From Actinomycetes bacterium (GTDB lineage: Bacteria; Actinomycetota; Coriobacteriia; Anaerosomatales; JAGXFU01), in assembly GCA_024637115.1 (NCBI GenBank), contig JAGXFU010000014.1:6524-70523 (forward strand): DNA of 64,000 bases, in the 5' to 3' direction. The number at the start of each line of letters is the position of its first letter. The stretch's first letter is position 1. Both the position numbers and the translations under genes were made by a program. Below are positions 40,778 through 50,927 of the stretch, in pieces. The notes under the pieces are model-generated. The model had not been told where the DNA came from and ran no database searches. It worked only from the letters and a program-made list of their open reading frames with translations.

Positions 40778-40954
40778 GTTGCCTCACCCCTGTTCGGTTG
40801 ATTACAGATGGGCGCTATGGCGGGCCCACGTCATTTCCGATGTCCGGTCGGAAACAGGAACGTATGCCAAACCCTTGCATTAACCCTGTAGCAAGTGTCG
40901 GCCCCTGGGAAGGGTGAGTTGAGACACGGATAGCCGAACGGTATGGTTTCAAGG

Positions 40955-41018
40955 AGTGAGCGGCATCACATTAAGGTGTCTGAGCCGAATCACGACAAAA
41001 CGTGTGACCCCCGTCACA
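40955..41018. promoter_or_regulatory. Two CRP/FNR-family operator sites upstream of the hydrogenase operon
   Basis: TGTGA-CCCCCG-TCACA (41003-41018, perfect) and AGTGA-GCGGCA-TCACA (40955-40970). Confidence 0.6.
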
Positions 41019-41033
41019 CATTCCTCACCCCGG

Positions 41034-42086
41034 CTAGCCTTCAACGAGGCGGAGTATCTCCTCGGCAATGCCGTGGACAGGCAGAACGGTATCTACGCCG
41101 CCGAGATCCGCAGCTGCTTTAGGCATGCCCCAGACCGTAGAGGTCTTCTCATCCTGAGCGATCGTCGCGCCGCCGATGTCGTGCAGGTACTTCAGACCGC
41201 GCGCGCCGTCGGCGCCCATTCCCGTGAGGATGACCCCCACCGCACTGCGTCCGACAGAGCGGGCGACGCTCTCAAAGAGAGTGTCTGCCGACGGGATATA
41301 GAGCTGTCCCTCAAGCGGCTCGGTATGACGTATCGTGAGTCCATCCATGGAGAGATTGCGCCCCGTTGGCGCGAGATATGCCGCTCCGGGCTCCACATCC
41401 TGCCCGGGCTTGGCCTCACGCACAGAGATCTTGCATCCTGAGTCAAGCCAACTCACGAGGCCGGGCACAAAGCCATCAGCAATGTGCTGTGCGATCACGA
41501 TCGGTACCGGAAACTCCGGGGTCAACCTACCGAGGATCGCCAGCAGGGCCGAAGGCCCGCCTGTCGATGAGCCGATCGCGACCATCGAACGACCACCAAG
41601 GCGCGTTGGCCCTGTGGGAGTACCCAGAGTATGTGGAGATGGTTTGGGGCGCCTACCCGTGATGTGTGTGATTACACGAATCCGCGAGAGCACTTTGACC
41701 TTGCGGATGACTTCTTTTCCGATCGTTTCGAGATCCGCCCAATCGCGAGGCTCAGGTTTCTTGATGACTTCAAGCGCACCTCGCGCCAAAGCGTCGAACG
41801 CCCGTCCCATGCCTTCGCCATACACTGAGGACGAAACCACAAGAATCGGCGTGGGCGTGTACGCCATGATCTTCTCGGTGGCCTCGAGCCCGTCGACTTT
41901 GGGCATGTGGATATCCATAGTGACGAGATCGGGCCTCAACTGGGCAACGGCGTCGATTGCTTCCTGCCCATCTCGAACCATACCGACGACATCGATCTCA
42001 GGGTCGGTCGAGAGTATCTGGGCGAGCATCTCCCTGGCGACGAGGGAATCGTCGACTATGAGCACGCGAATCGTACGAGCAGACAT
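41034..42086 (-). CDS. cheB: Chemotaxis methylesterase CheB (REC + methylesterase)
   Basis: LIVDDS, TMDIHMP, GSSTGG, QHI, LTGMGADGA. Confidence 0.95.
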   Translation of the reverse strand: MSARTIRVLIVDDSLVAREMLAQILSTDPEIDVVGMVRDGQEAIDAVAQLRPDLVTMDIHMPKVDGLEATEKIMAYTPTPILVVSSSVYGEGMGRAFDALARGALEVIKKPEPRDWADLETIGKEVIRKVKVLSRIRVITHITGRRPKPSPHTLGTPTGPTRLGGRSMVAIGSSTGGPSALLAILGRLTPEFPVPIVIAQHIADGFVPGLVSWLDSGCKISVREAKPGQDVEPGAAYLAPTGRNLSMDGLTIRHTEPLEGQLYIPSADTLFESVARSVGRSAVGVILTGMGADGARGLKYLHDIGGATIAQDEKTSTVWGMPKAAADLGGVDTVLPVHGIAEEILRLVEG

Positions 42087-42100
42087 ATGGCTTCCCACCA

Positions 42101-44446
42101 CTAGCGGATGAGCCGCTCAACAGTATCAAGCAGCGTATCCTGATTGAAGACCGACTTGGTGATATACGCTTCGGCACCGGCCTCGATACCTTCGGCCTTT
42201 TCCTCATCTCGCTCAAGTGATGTGACAATGATGACCGGGATGTTCAGCAGCTGTGGGTCGTTCTTGATCGCGCGCGTAAGCTGGAACCCGGTCATATTGG
42301 GCATCTGTACGTCGGTGATCACCGCATCCGGCTCCAGGCCTTCACGGAGCTTCTGTAGACCCTGTGCCCCGTCCATGGCGACCTCGACTTCATAGCCCGC
42401 GGCCTCGAAAATGGACCTCTCGAGTTCTCTCGTGGTGAATGAGTCCTCGCAAATGAGGACTCTTCTGGGCCCGCTGCTCTCCTTCTCGGCAGTCATCTGA
42501 CCGTACGTGCGCTGGCCGGAACGATGACGGGCGTTGTCCATCAGGTCGGGCACATTGAGAATCGGCACCACCTCGCCGGCGCCGAGAATCGTGACTCCCG
42601 CCACGTTCACGACCTTGTGAAGATGCGACCCCAACGTCTTGATAACAATCTGTTGCTCACCCACGAGCGCATCGACAATGAAGCCCATTCGATGACCCGA
42701 GAAGCCAATAGTCGCTATGGGAATCTTGGCGCCCTCAAACCCGTGACCGGGCACGCCGAGGATATCGGTGAGTCGCACGAGAGGAACCGTTCTGCGCTGC
42801 CTGCGAATCACCTCGCGACCTTCGATCTTGATGATCTCTGAAGGATCCACCCTGAGGGTTTCCTCGACCGAAGCCGTTGGAAGTGCGTACATGCGATCGC
42901 CCACCCGGAGCATGAGCGCCCGAATGATTGCCAGCGTCAGAGGGATGGTGAGCCTGAACGTGGTTCCTTTGCCCATCTCACTCTGAACATCAAGAGAACC
43001 TTTGAGCTTCTCCACGATGAATTCGCGAACGACATCCATGCCCACGCCGCGACCCGATATCTCGGTGATGATCGCCGCAGTCGAGAAGCCCTTCTCAAAG
43101 ATCAGGTATGTGGCTTCCCTATCAGTCAGCGCGCTGGCCTCGGATTCAGAAATATAGCCCTTGCGCACCGCAGCTGCTCGAACCTTGTCCGGATCGATGC
43201 CCCGTCCGTCGTCGGAAATCTCAATGACGATGTGATCGCCCTCTTGACGCGCGGACATGCGAATCGTGCCCTTCGCCGGTTTGCCAAGCTCAACTCGGTC
43301 GGCGGCAGGCTCAAGTCCGTGATCTACCGCATTGCGCATGATGTGAACAAGGGGATCGTTGATCTCTTCGAGAACCTTCTTATCGAGCTCCGTGTCTCCA
43401 CCCTCAAGAACCAGCTCAACATCCTTCTTGAACGAGCGCGCAAGATCGCGCATCGCCCGGGGGAATGCCTGAAAGACCGTGGAGACAGGAAGCATGCGTA
43501 GCCGCATACCCTGCTCCTGAAGATCCGTCACAACGATCGAGGTTCTGGAGACGTCATCGTTGTAACCCTTAAGGAATCCGGTTTGAGCGCGCCTGCGGTC
43601 CACGAGGTATCCGTCGAGAGTGCTCACTTCATCCATGATCGAGAGCATCATGCCATCGTCATCAACGGGCACTGAATTCAGCAGCGACTTCAATCTAAGC
43701 CACGCTTGCCAGATATCGGTCAGATCATTGGCCGCCTGCCGCAGCTCGACCGTACGCTGCTCGTCCTTGATCTGAGCGATGACTACTTCGCTCACCAAGT
43801 TCAGAAGCGTGTCGATCTGCGCAGTCTTGACCCGGATCGTCGGCTGAACCTTCGCCTTGAGCGAATCCTCGCGTTGTGCCTGGCGAGATACGCCGTCACC
43901 GGAGGTCTCATCGTCGTGCACGTCCTCCAGGTCATCGACCGCTTCATCACCATCGTCGTATTCCTCGGAGGAATCAGACTCAGCCGGAGGTGCAGGTGCA
44001 GGCACAGCAGTCTCGGTCGCGACTGTCGTTTCAGGCGTACCGGCAGCGGCTTCTGCTCCACCCGCTGCCAGAGCAGACAAACGAGTCTGGAGCGCGTCGA
44101 GGTCGATCTCGAGCTTGATGTCTTTTCCGGCGTTCTCCGCCAGGTACACGATCGCGTCGAGCGCTTCAAAGAAGTAGTCGCTCATATCCGGCGTGTACTT
44201 CATCTCGCCTTCGCGCACGCGAATCATGAAGTCCTCAAGCCGATGTGCGATGTCAGATATCTCAATCAGACCGACCATACGGGAGGAGCCCTTGACCGTA
44301 TGTGCGTCGCGCATCATCTGATCGATGAGCTCTCGATTTCCCGGGTCCATCTCCAGTTGGATAACGCCTTCGTTCAGGCGCTGCAGAAGATCCTGCGCTT
44401 CCTCCTGAAACTTCCCAATAAACGCACTACGGTCGAACTCGACCAT
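42101..44446 (-). CDS. cheA: Hybrid CheA histidine kinase (Hpt-dimer-HATPase-CheW-REC)
   Basis: AHTVKGSSRM, HIMRNAVDHG, DDGRGID, GRGVGMDVV, CheW domain, C-terminal REC (TDVQMP). Confidence 0.95.
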   Translation of the reverse strand: MVEFDRSAFIGKFQEEAQDLLQRLNEGVIQLEMDPGNRELIDQMMRDAHTVKGSSRMVGLIEISDIAHRLEDFMIRVREGEMKYTPDMSDYFFEALDAIVYLAENAGKDIKLEIDLDALQTRLSALAAGGAEAAAGTPETTVATETAVPAPAPPAESDSSEEYDDGDEAVDDLEDVHDDETSGDGVSRQAQREDSLKAKVQPTIRVKTAQIDTLLNLVSEVVIAQIKDEQRTVELRQAANDLTDIWQAWLRLKSLLNSVPVDDDGMMLSIMDEVSTLDGYLVDRRRAQTGFLKGYNDDVSRTSIVVTDLQEQGMRLRMLPVSTVFQAFPRAMRDLARSFKKDVELVLEGGDTELDKKVLEEINDPLVHIMRNAVDHGLEPAADRVELGKPAKGTIRMSARQEGDHIVIEISDDGRGIDPDKVRAAAVRKGYISESEASALTDREATYLIFEKGFSTAAIITEISGRGVGMDVVREFIVEKLKGSLDVQSEMGKGTTFRLTIPLTLAIIRALMLRVGDRMYALPTASVEETLRVDPSEIIKIEGREVIRRQRRTVPLVRLTDILGVPGHGFEGAKIPIATIGFSGHRMGFIVDALVGEQQIVIKTLGSHLHKVVNVAGVTILGAGEVVPILNVPDLMDNARHRSGQRTYGQMTAEKESSGPRRVLICEDSFTTRELERSIFEAAGYEVEVAMDGAQGLQKLREGLEPDAVITDVQMPNMTGFQLTRAIKNDPQLLNIPVIIVTSLERDEEKAEGIEAGAEAYITKSVFNQDTLLDTVERLIR

Positions 44447-44476
44447 TGATGTACTCCTCCCGGCCGGGCACGCCGT

Positions 44477-45712
44477 CTAGTCGATGATTTGAAATGCGGA
44501 ACCGACCTGTGCCGATTCCTTTGCAATTGCAGACAGCTGCTCGGCTGAGCCTGCGACCTGTCGTCCGCCTGCAGCGGTCTGCTGGGCAACCGCAGCGACC
44601 TCTCGCATTGCTTTGACGACTTGATCCGTGGCGCTCTTTTGCTGCTGAGTCGCCGCAGAGATCTCTTTGGCAGCAACGGTAGTCTGTTCGATCATCTCAA
44701 GAATCTGGTCGAGAGACTCACCAGTCATGTGCGCGAGATCAACGCCGCCCTGTACCTGCTTGAGTTCTTGCTCGGTCGCGATGACAAGATCGTTCGCGGC
44801 ACCCTGAATCTCGATCATGATCGTCGAGATCTCGCTCGTAGAGTCAACCACTGACTCCGCAAGCTTTCTGATCTCGATAGCGACAACGGAGAAGCCCTTC
44901 CCGGCTTCTCCCGCGCGCGCGGCTTCGATAGCGGCATTGAGAGCGAGGATCTTTGTCTGATCGGCGATCGAGTTGATGATCTCCAGGACCTGACCGATCT
45001 GCTGACTACGCTCGCCGAGCGATAGGATCTTGTTCGCAGACGTCTGACTACGAGTCTTGATGTCTTCCATAGCGGTAAGGGTATTGAGTACCGCCTGCTG
45101 TCCCGATTCCGCACTACCGAGGGATGCCTCTGCCATGTTGACGACCTGGTTGGCATTGTCGGCAATCTGACGGTAGGTTGCTGCGAGCTCTTCCATCGTT
45201 GCCGTTGTCTGGCTGATCGATGCGGCCTGCTCGGCCGAGCCTGATGCTTGCTCCTCGGTGGCTGAGAGAATCTCGTTCGATGCCTGAGCGAGTCGCCTTG
45301 AAGACTCCTGGGTCTGCCTGATCAGATAGACGATGAGATCCAGCATCTGGTTGTACGACGTGGCAAGGACACCGAACTCGTCCTCGGACTTCACATTGAC
45401 CTTCAGACCGATCTCTCCCTGGCAGGCCGCCTTCACGCTCTCAACGACGTGCTCGAGCGGTGCCATGAAACGCTTGCCGACCTTGATGAAGGCCATCATC
45501 CAGGCGAAGCCGAGCACAATGATCGCAAGGACCAGAGCACCTACCTCGACAACTGAGACGTCCGCGAACGCAGAGCCGATATCCCCACCGGTAAGAATAA
45601 TCATGGCAATGGTCCACTGAAGGGCGTTGAACACAAGGAACAGCCCGGCGATTGCCAGTGAGTACTTCCACAGGAACTTGCTGCGGAACTTGCCGACTAT
45701 CGATGAAAACAT
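44477..45712 (-). CDS. Methyl-accepting chemotaxis protein (2 TM, tiny external loop, HAMP)
   Basis: [46 protein letters not shown] methylation sites. Confidence 0.93.
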   Translation of the reverse strand: MFSSIVGKFRSKFLWKYSLAIAGLFLVFNALQWTIAMIILTGGDIGSAFADVSVVEVGALVLAIIVLGFAWMMAFIKVGKRFMAPLEHVVESVKAACQGEIGLKVNVKSEDEFGVLATSYNQMLDLIVYLIRQTQESSRRLAQASNEILSATEEQASGSAEQAASISQTTATMEELAATYRQIADNANQVVNMAEASLGSAESGQQAVLNTLTAMEDIKTRSQTSANKILSLGERSQQIGQVLEIINSIADQTKILALNAAIEAARAGEAGKGFSVVAIEIRKLAESVVDSTSEISTIMIEIQGAANDLVIATEQELKQVQGGVDLAHMTGESLDQILEMIEQTTVAAKEISAATQQQKSATDQVVKAMREVAAVAQQTAAGGRQVAGSAEQLSAIAKESAQVGSAFQIID

Positions 45713-45735
45713 TGTGCCCTCCTAGTGGCGGGGTG

Positions 45736-46293
45736 CTACGAATTTGCAACGATCGGTTCAAGAATCCGATCGATATTGACAAGACCAATCAGCCGACTCT
45801 CCCAGTACACAGAGCCAGCAATGAACTCAGCTGAGACTTTGTCCATCACCGAAAGTGGCGGCTCAACCCCCTCGCGTGGAATATCGAGGATGTCACCGAT
45901 TTCATCGACAACGATCGCAGTGGTGCACTCCTCATTCTGAATGACGATCGCAGGAGCTAGAGCGATGTCCGACGTGAGCTGGCCCAGACGCATGAGTTTC
46001 GCGACGTCCATCACGGAGATGATCTCTCCTCTGATGTTCACAACACCGAGAATGAACTCAGGCACGCACGGAATCGGAGTGATCGCGTACTCCTGATAGA
46101 TCTCTCGAACATCAGAGACGTAGACCGCGTACCACTCGTCACCCAGACGAAAGAGCAGGATGCCCACACTATCTCCGACGTCCTCGCCAGTAGCTTCATG
46201 GGCAAGGGAATCGGCCCTGCGGGCAAGCACCTCATCCGCAGTCGCCGCGATAGACGAACCGGGAACCAATCCACGTTCTACGATCTCCGCCAT
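45736..46293 (-). CDS. cheW: CheW adaptor
   Basis: LLFRLGDEWYA, ITPIPCVPEFILGVVNIRGEII. Confidence 0.92.
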   Translation of the reverse strand: MAEIVERGLVPGSSIAATADEVLARRADSLAHEATGEDVGDSVGILLFRLGDEWYAVYVSDVREIYQEYAITPIPCVPEFILGVVNIRGEIISVMDVAKLMRLGQLTSDIALAPAIVIQNEECTTAIVVDEIGDILDIPREGVEPPLSVMDKVSAEFIAGSVYWESRLIGLVNIDRILEPIVANS

Positions 46294-46296
46294 GAG

Positions 46297-47007
46297 CTAG
46301 TACCCTCCCCCGACGAGATTGATCGACGCAAGCAGCCGATCGACGTCGAGCAGATACACAAGCTGATTGTCCATTCGACACACACCGATCATACGATCCG
46401 CGAGTCCGTGCATCTTGGGCGGTGCCGCAAGACATCCCTCGGGTAGCCCGACCACATCCTCGACCTCGTCAACCAGAAGCGCGACGAGTTGGCCGTGCGA
46501 CCTGCAGATAATCATAGGTGTATCGAGATGATACTCCTGTGATGTCATACCGAGCAGTGTTCTGATGTCGAGCGCGGGGATGACCTGTCCGCGAAGATTG
46601 ATCATGCCAACGAGACCGTGTCCTGAAGATGGCACCTGAGAGAATGCCACAATCTGCTGGATCTCTTGAACGCTGTCAATGCCGATCGAGTAGCGCTGAT
46701 CCGCAAGATGAAAGACGATCATCTTGTCGATCATCGCTTCCATTGAATCCTCAACAGGTGACGGCGTGACGTTCTCCGCCCCCGCGACTTCAACAGGGAT
46801 AGCATCCTTCTGGGGTGCATCCACGGACACGGGCGCCTCCACGGTCTCTTGCGGGACTTCTTTGACAGGCTGAGCTTCCGCTGTCGCTTCTGATGCTGAC
46901 TTGGTCGCCTTCACTGGTTTCGGCTTCTTGCCGACCTTCTCTTTAGCCTTCGCCTTCTTGCCGGGCTTGGGCTTGGGCTCATCATCTGTCTTCTTGCGTG
47001 TCGCCAT
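46297..47007 (-). CDS. cheW: CheW adaptor with Lys-rich N-terminal extension
   Basis: FHLADQRYSI, GMINLRGQVIP; about 90-aa N-terminal low-complexity region. Confidence 0.88.
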   Translation of the reverse strand: MATRKKTDDEPKPKPGKKAKAKEKVGKKPKPVKATKSASEATAEAQPVKEVPQETVEAPVSVDAPQKDAIPVEVAGAENVTPSPVEDSMEAMIDKMIVFHLADQRYSIGIDSVQEIQQIVAFSQVPSSGHGLVGMINLRGQVIPALDIRTLLGMTSQEYHLDTPMIICRSHGQLVALLVDEVEDVVGLPEGCLAAPPKMHGLADRMIGVCRMDNQLVYLLDVDRLLASINLVGGGY

Positions 47008-47011
47008 TGAC

Positions 47012-48913
47012 TCACTCCGCGAATCTCAGTACGCGGTTGAGCTCTTCTGCACTCACGAGCCCCGACCTGACCTTTGCGAGACCTGAAGTCACCATCGGTC
47101 GCATGCCTGCCGCCTGTGCCGAGGCCGCGATCTCCTCGGCAGAATCGGCCCGTGAAATGCGTGTGCGAACCGATTCGGTGAACGGTAGGACTTCGAAGAT
47201 GCCCGTGGCACCCTGGAATCCAGACTGCGCGCACGTGGCGCATCCACGACCGACCTTGGAGACGAGGCCTTCCTCGGCACCGGGAATAGTTGCGGCCATG
47301 ACGCCATCGTCATCCGAGGTGCAGTGCGGACAGTTCATGCGTACAAGCCGCTGCCCCACGCCAAGCGTAAGTGCCGAGGAGAGAGAAACCGGCTCGGCAC
47401 CGAGATCGAGCATGCGACGCACGCCTGAGACGATGTCCCCACCGCTGAACGTCGCAATCACGAGCTTCCCAAGGCCAGCCGCTTCGACGGCCAGGTGAAC
47501 ATCCTCAACGGACTGCATCGCGTCGATCGCCATGACATCGGTATCCTGACGGATTCCGGCCGCGAAATACGACTCGGCGCCGACCGACTCACCCGGATTC
47601 ACCAACACCTGGGCTACAGCCGGAATCTCATAGTCGATCGAGCGCTCGACGGAGTAGACGGTCTTTCCAACTTTCGCGGCATGGTTGAGGAGCGCATAGT
47701 ACGTGGAGCTGCGTCCACCTGCAACCGGGCCGCATACCAGAAGGAGCCCACGCCCACGCTCGACCATCGCATGCAGTGCACGTACCTCGGCTTCGTTCAT
47801 ACCGAGCTCAGCAAGCCCGCGTGGGACAGGCTTGTCGGAGGTGAGCGTCAAGACCACACGCTGACCCGCAACGGTTGGAACCGCTGAGACGGTGACCACC
47901 AGATCGCGATCGGCGATCTTAGCTTTCACCCGACCAAGGGCAGGCCGAGAAGACTGCACCGAGGATAGACGCGCGTAGCTCTTGAATCCGTCAACGAGCG
48001 CCGACTGCATCGAGAGTGGAGCGCTGGCTATCTTCTCAAGTTTGCCGCCGACACGATAGACGAGGAAGAAGTCTTCCTTGTACGGCAGGAGGTGAATACG
48101 GCCGACGCCGCGTCGGACAGCATGGTCGAGAATCTCAGAAACGAGTCCGGCGACCTTGCGGGCATCGGCAACGGCAAGCACGTCGAGATCGATCTCTGGA
48201 GGTCCATCCGGCGCAGCGGTCTCAACGACTTCCTCGATACCCTGCGTGGGCTCGGGGAGATCAGGCGGTTCCTGGGCAGGTATCTGAGCCACTACGGGCG
48301 TTGACTCGGTCAGCGGGGCTTCAAAGAAGTCACCCGCGTCGATCTCGGTGTCGACTCCGAGGAAATCCTCCACACTCGGGGCCGGAGACAGAACATGTTC
48401 AGTCGATTCGGCGGTTTCGGGCATCGCTCCGACTTCGGGCTCAAATGCAGGAGCGGCCGGTACCGACTCTCCTGGAGCGTCTTCGTAGTACTGGTCGATC
48501 GCACGGGTGACGTCACCAGCATCAGAAAGGACTGCCTCGACCTCCAGACCGAGCTCAACGGCGAGGGAATCAAGCTTGAACACGTCCATCGCATCCCCGA
48601 TGACTACCGTGAGCATGCCCTCGATCTCAAAGAGCGGCAGCACACTTCTGCTCCTGGCAAGCGATACCGGAAGCAGGAGAAGCGCCTCGCTATCGGGCGC
48701 ATAGCTGGATAGGTCGACTCGAGGTATGCCCAGATCCTCTTCCATGGCACTCTCGAGATCCGCCGATGTGACGATGCCGCGCTGTAACAGGACATCGCCC
48801 ACAGTGATTCCAGCGCTCGCCGCCGCTTCGATGATCGAGGAGATTTGCTCGACCGTAAGCAAGCCGGCATTCACCAGCGCATCAAGAACCCTGGATGTGA
48901 TTGTTTCCGACAT
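47012..48913 (-). CDS. PilB/GspE-family protein with degenerate ATPase motifs (predicted pseudo-ATPase)
   Basis: T2SSE_N-like N-terminus, RQD, QRLVR, CPHC...CATC, GIFE; Walker A is GPVAGGRS. Confidence 0.85.
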   Translation of the reverse strand: MSETITSRVLDALVNAGLLTVEQISSIIEAAASAGITVGDVLLQRGIVTSADLESAMEEDLGIPRVDLSSYAPDSEALLLLPVSLARSRSVLPLFEIEGMLTVVIGDAMDVFKLDSLAVELGLEVEAVLSDAGDVTRAIDQYYEDAPGESVPAAPAFEPEVGAMPETAESTEHVLSPAPSVEDFLGVDTEIDAGDFFEAPLTESTPVVAQIPAQEPPDLPEPTQGIEEVVETAAPDGPPEIDLDVLAVADARKVAGLVSEILDHAVRRGVGRIHLLPYKEDFFLVYRVGGKLEKIASAPLSMQSALVDGFKSYARLSSVQSSRPALGRVKAKIADRDLVVTVSAVPTVAGQRVVLTLTSDKPVPRGLAELGMNEAEVRALHAMVERGRGLLLVCGPVAGGRSSTYYALLNHAAKVGKTVYSVERSIDYEIPAVAQVLVNPGESVGAESYFAAGIRQDTDVMAIDAMQSVEDVHLAVEAAGLGKLVIATFSGGDIVSGVRRMLDLGAEPVSLSSALTLGVGQRLVRMNCPHCTSDDDGVMAATIPGAEEGLVSKVGRGCATCAQSGFQGATGIFEVLPFTESVRTRISRADSAEEIAASAQAAGMRPMVTSGLAKVRSGLVSAEELNRVLRFAE

Positions 48914-48927
48914 GACGTCAGCCCGAT

Positions 48928-49308
48928 CTAGCCGGTGACCTTATCGAGCTCCTCGGCAACCGCCGATAGAAGCCTTTCAGGCTCGATCGGCTTAGTGAGG
49001 TACTGGTTGGCGCCGGTTCGGATACCCGTTGCCATTGCCTGCTCCTCGGTCTTAGCCGTGAGCATGATGATTGGAATTCCTTTGTACTTCTGGTCAAACT
49101 TGAGAAGACGGCACACTCGGTACCCGTCAAGTTTGGGGAGCATGACATCGAGCAGGATCAAGTCAGGCATCTCTGCCCGAGCCTTCTCCAACGCCTCGGC
49201 GCCGTCGGCAGCAGTGATGACCTCGTAGCCGCCCGATATCAAGATCGCCTTGATCATCTCAAGGATGGTCGGGCTGTCATCGACCGCAAGGATGCGCGCG
49301 TTCGCCAT
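48928..49308 (-). CDS. Single-domain response regulator (CheY-like)
   Basis: AVDDS, LLDVMLP, MLTA, YLTKP. Confidence 0.93.
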   Translation of the reverse strand: MANARILAVDDSPTILEMIKAILISGGYEVITAADGAEALEKARAEMPDLILLDVMLPKLDGYRVCRLLKFDQKYKGIPIIMLTAKTEEQAMATGIRTGANQYLTKPIEPERLLSAVAEELDKVTG

Positions 49309-49347
49309 ACCGTAACTCCCCTCTGCATCATGTGCACCTACCGGTAT

Positions 49348-50916
49348 CTATCGCCTTTCCGGCGGGGCATCTTTAGGTCGTAAACTGCCCTTTCGACACT
49401 CTATCAGACTACGCTCGCAGGTCTTAGCCAAAAGGTCGGGTCTGAACCCGCCCAGAAACACCGTCCACTCGCCCTCGGGATTCTCGTACAAGTAGCGCAT
49501 CGTATTCTCATATTCACGGCATGCGCTGTCCTCGGCACCCTGGTGTTTATAGAGGTTCGCCAGAGAGAAATGTGCAAGGACGAACGCGGGGTCGATGTAG
49601 ATCGTCTTCTTGAGCTCCGAGATGGCTCGAACCGAGTCACCTTGCTGCTGGTAGATGATACCGAGCACATAGCGAGCCGCAGGCAGAAGCGGCTCGATTG
49701 CGAGCGCCCGTTGACACTCGGCGATCGCGGCATCCATCTGCCCGCTGTCCGCATGGGCGAACGCCGTAAGCAGGTACGCCTGTGGGTTGTTCGAATCGAG
49801 TTCCAAGACGGCCGAAGCGGCCTCGAGAACCGCTGCCGTGCGACCATCCACAGACGCCTCCCGCGCGGCACGCAGGAGTGATTCGATTTCGCCCGCCACG
49901 TCACCGGCCGATTCGGACGGAATGAGTACGGGTTGTGGTTTATCGACACCCGGAGGCAACACAGGGCGTCGAGGTTCTGTACGCTTTCTGGCACGCCTGC
50001 GCGCAGCCGCCGCCGGCGTGGTCTCCCGCATCGAGACCGCCTCGGCAAAGTTGTAGTGCTTCTTTGGGAATGGTTTTCGATAGAGGAATACGCCCCCGAC
50101 CTCAACGGCCTCGAATCTGTCCGAGATGCTGGTGAGCGTCTCGGAGTGACCGATGAACAGATAGCCACCCGGATTGAGACTGTCGAAGAAGTTGTTGACC
50201 ACGCGTCGCGTTGATTCCAGGCGAAAGTAGATCGTGACGTTGCGGCAGAAGATCACATCCCAATTCCCCATGAGCGCGAGCGGATATGGCTCCTTGATGA
50301 GATTCTGGTACTGAAAGGTCGTGAGCTTGCGTACCTTGTCGACAACTCGGTGTCCGTGAGCGGTGGGCTCAAAGAACCGCGTTGACGAGGAGGTGGGAAC
50401 GCTCAGGAGCCCCCGAGCCGGATAGACACCGGCTTTGGCCTTGAGCAGCGCATTCGTTGACACATCTGTGCCCAGCACCTCGAGCTTGTACCCAAACGGC
50501 TCCAGGCCGGAGTCCAACAGCGTCATCGCGATCGAATAGGGCTCCTCGCCAGTCGAACAACCCGCCGACCAGACACGGAAGTGACGATCGTATTCGCCTT
50601 TGCTTTCCATGATCTGAGGAATGATCTGCGTGCGAAGCGCCTCAAACTGTGCGGGGAATCGAAAGAAGCTCGTCTCGTTGATCGTGACGAGGTTCATAAG
50701 CTCTTTGAATTCCTCTTCATCTGACGTGAGCATCGCGAAGTAGTCAGCAAGAGAGTCGAATCCAAACCGCGTTGCGCGCGTGATGAGCGAAATCCTGAGC
50801 GAATCGGATTTCTGCTCCTCCAGGAAGATGCCAGAATGCTTATGTATGTAGTCCCTGAATCGACCGAACTCCTCGGGAGTAAGGTCTTTAGAGAGGCTTT
50901 CGCCGTTTCCGGGCAT
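49348..50916 (-). CDS. cheR: CheR methyltransferase with C-terminal TPR repeats (WspC/FrzF-like)
   Basis: INETSFFR, WSAGCSTGEEPYS, FCRNVTIYF, TPR helices. Confidence 0.93.
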   Translation of the reverse strand: MPGNGESLSKDLTPEEFGRFRDYIHKHSGIFLEEQKSDSLRISLITRATRFGFDSLADYFAMLTSDEEEFKELMNLVTINETSFFRFPAQFEALRTQIIPQIMESKGEYDRHFRVWSAGCSTGEEPYSIAMTLLDSGLEPFGYKLEVLGTDVSTNALLKAKAGVYPARGLLSVPTSSSTRFFEPTAHGHRVVDKVRKLTTFQYQNLIKEPYPLALMGNWDVIFCRNVTIYFRLESTRRVVNNFFDSLNPGGYLFIGHSETLTSISDRFEAVEVGGVFLYRKPFPKKHYNFAEAVSMRETTPAAAARRRARKRTEPRRPVLPPGVDKPQPVLIPSESAGDVAGEIESLLRAAREASVDGRTAAVLEAASAVLELDSNNPQAYLLTAFAHADSGQMDAAIAECQRALAIEPLLPAARYVLGIIYQQQGDSVRAISELKKTIYIDPAFVLAHFSLANLYKHQGAEDSACREYENTMRYLYENPEGEWTVFLGGFRPDLLAKTCERSLIECRKGSLRPKDAPPERR

Positions 50917-50927
50917 GTCGCCCCCCG

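Noticed and set aside
40860-40885. Sigma-54 promoter for the hydrogenase operon
   Set aside because: GG and GC are not at -24/-12 spacing on either strand
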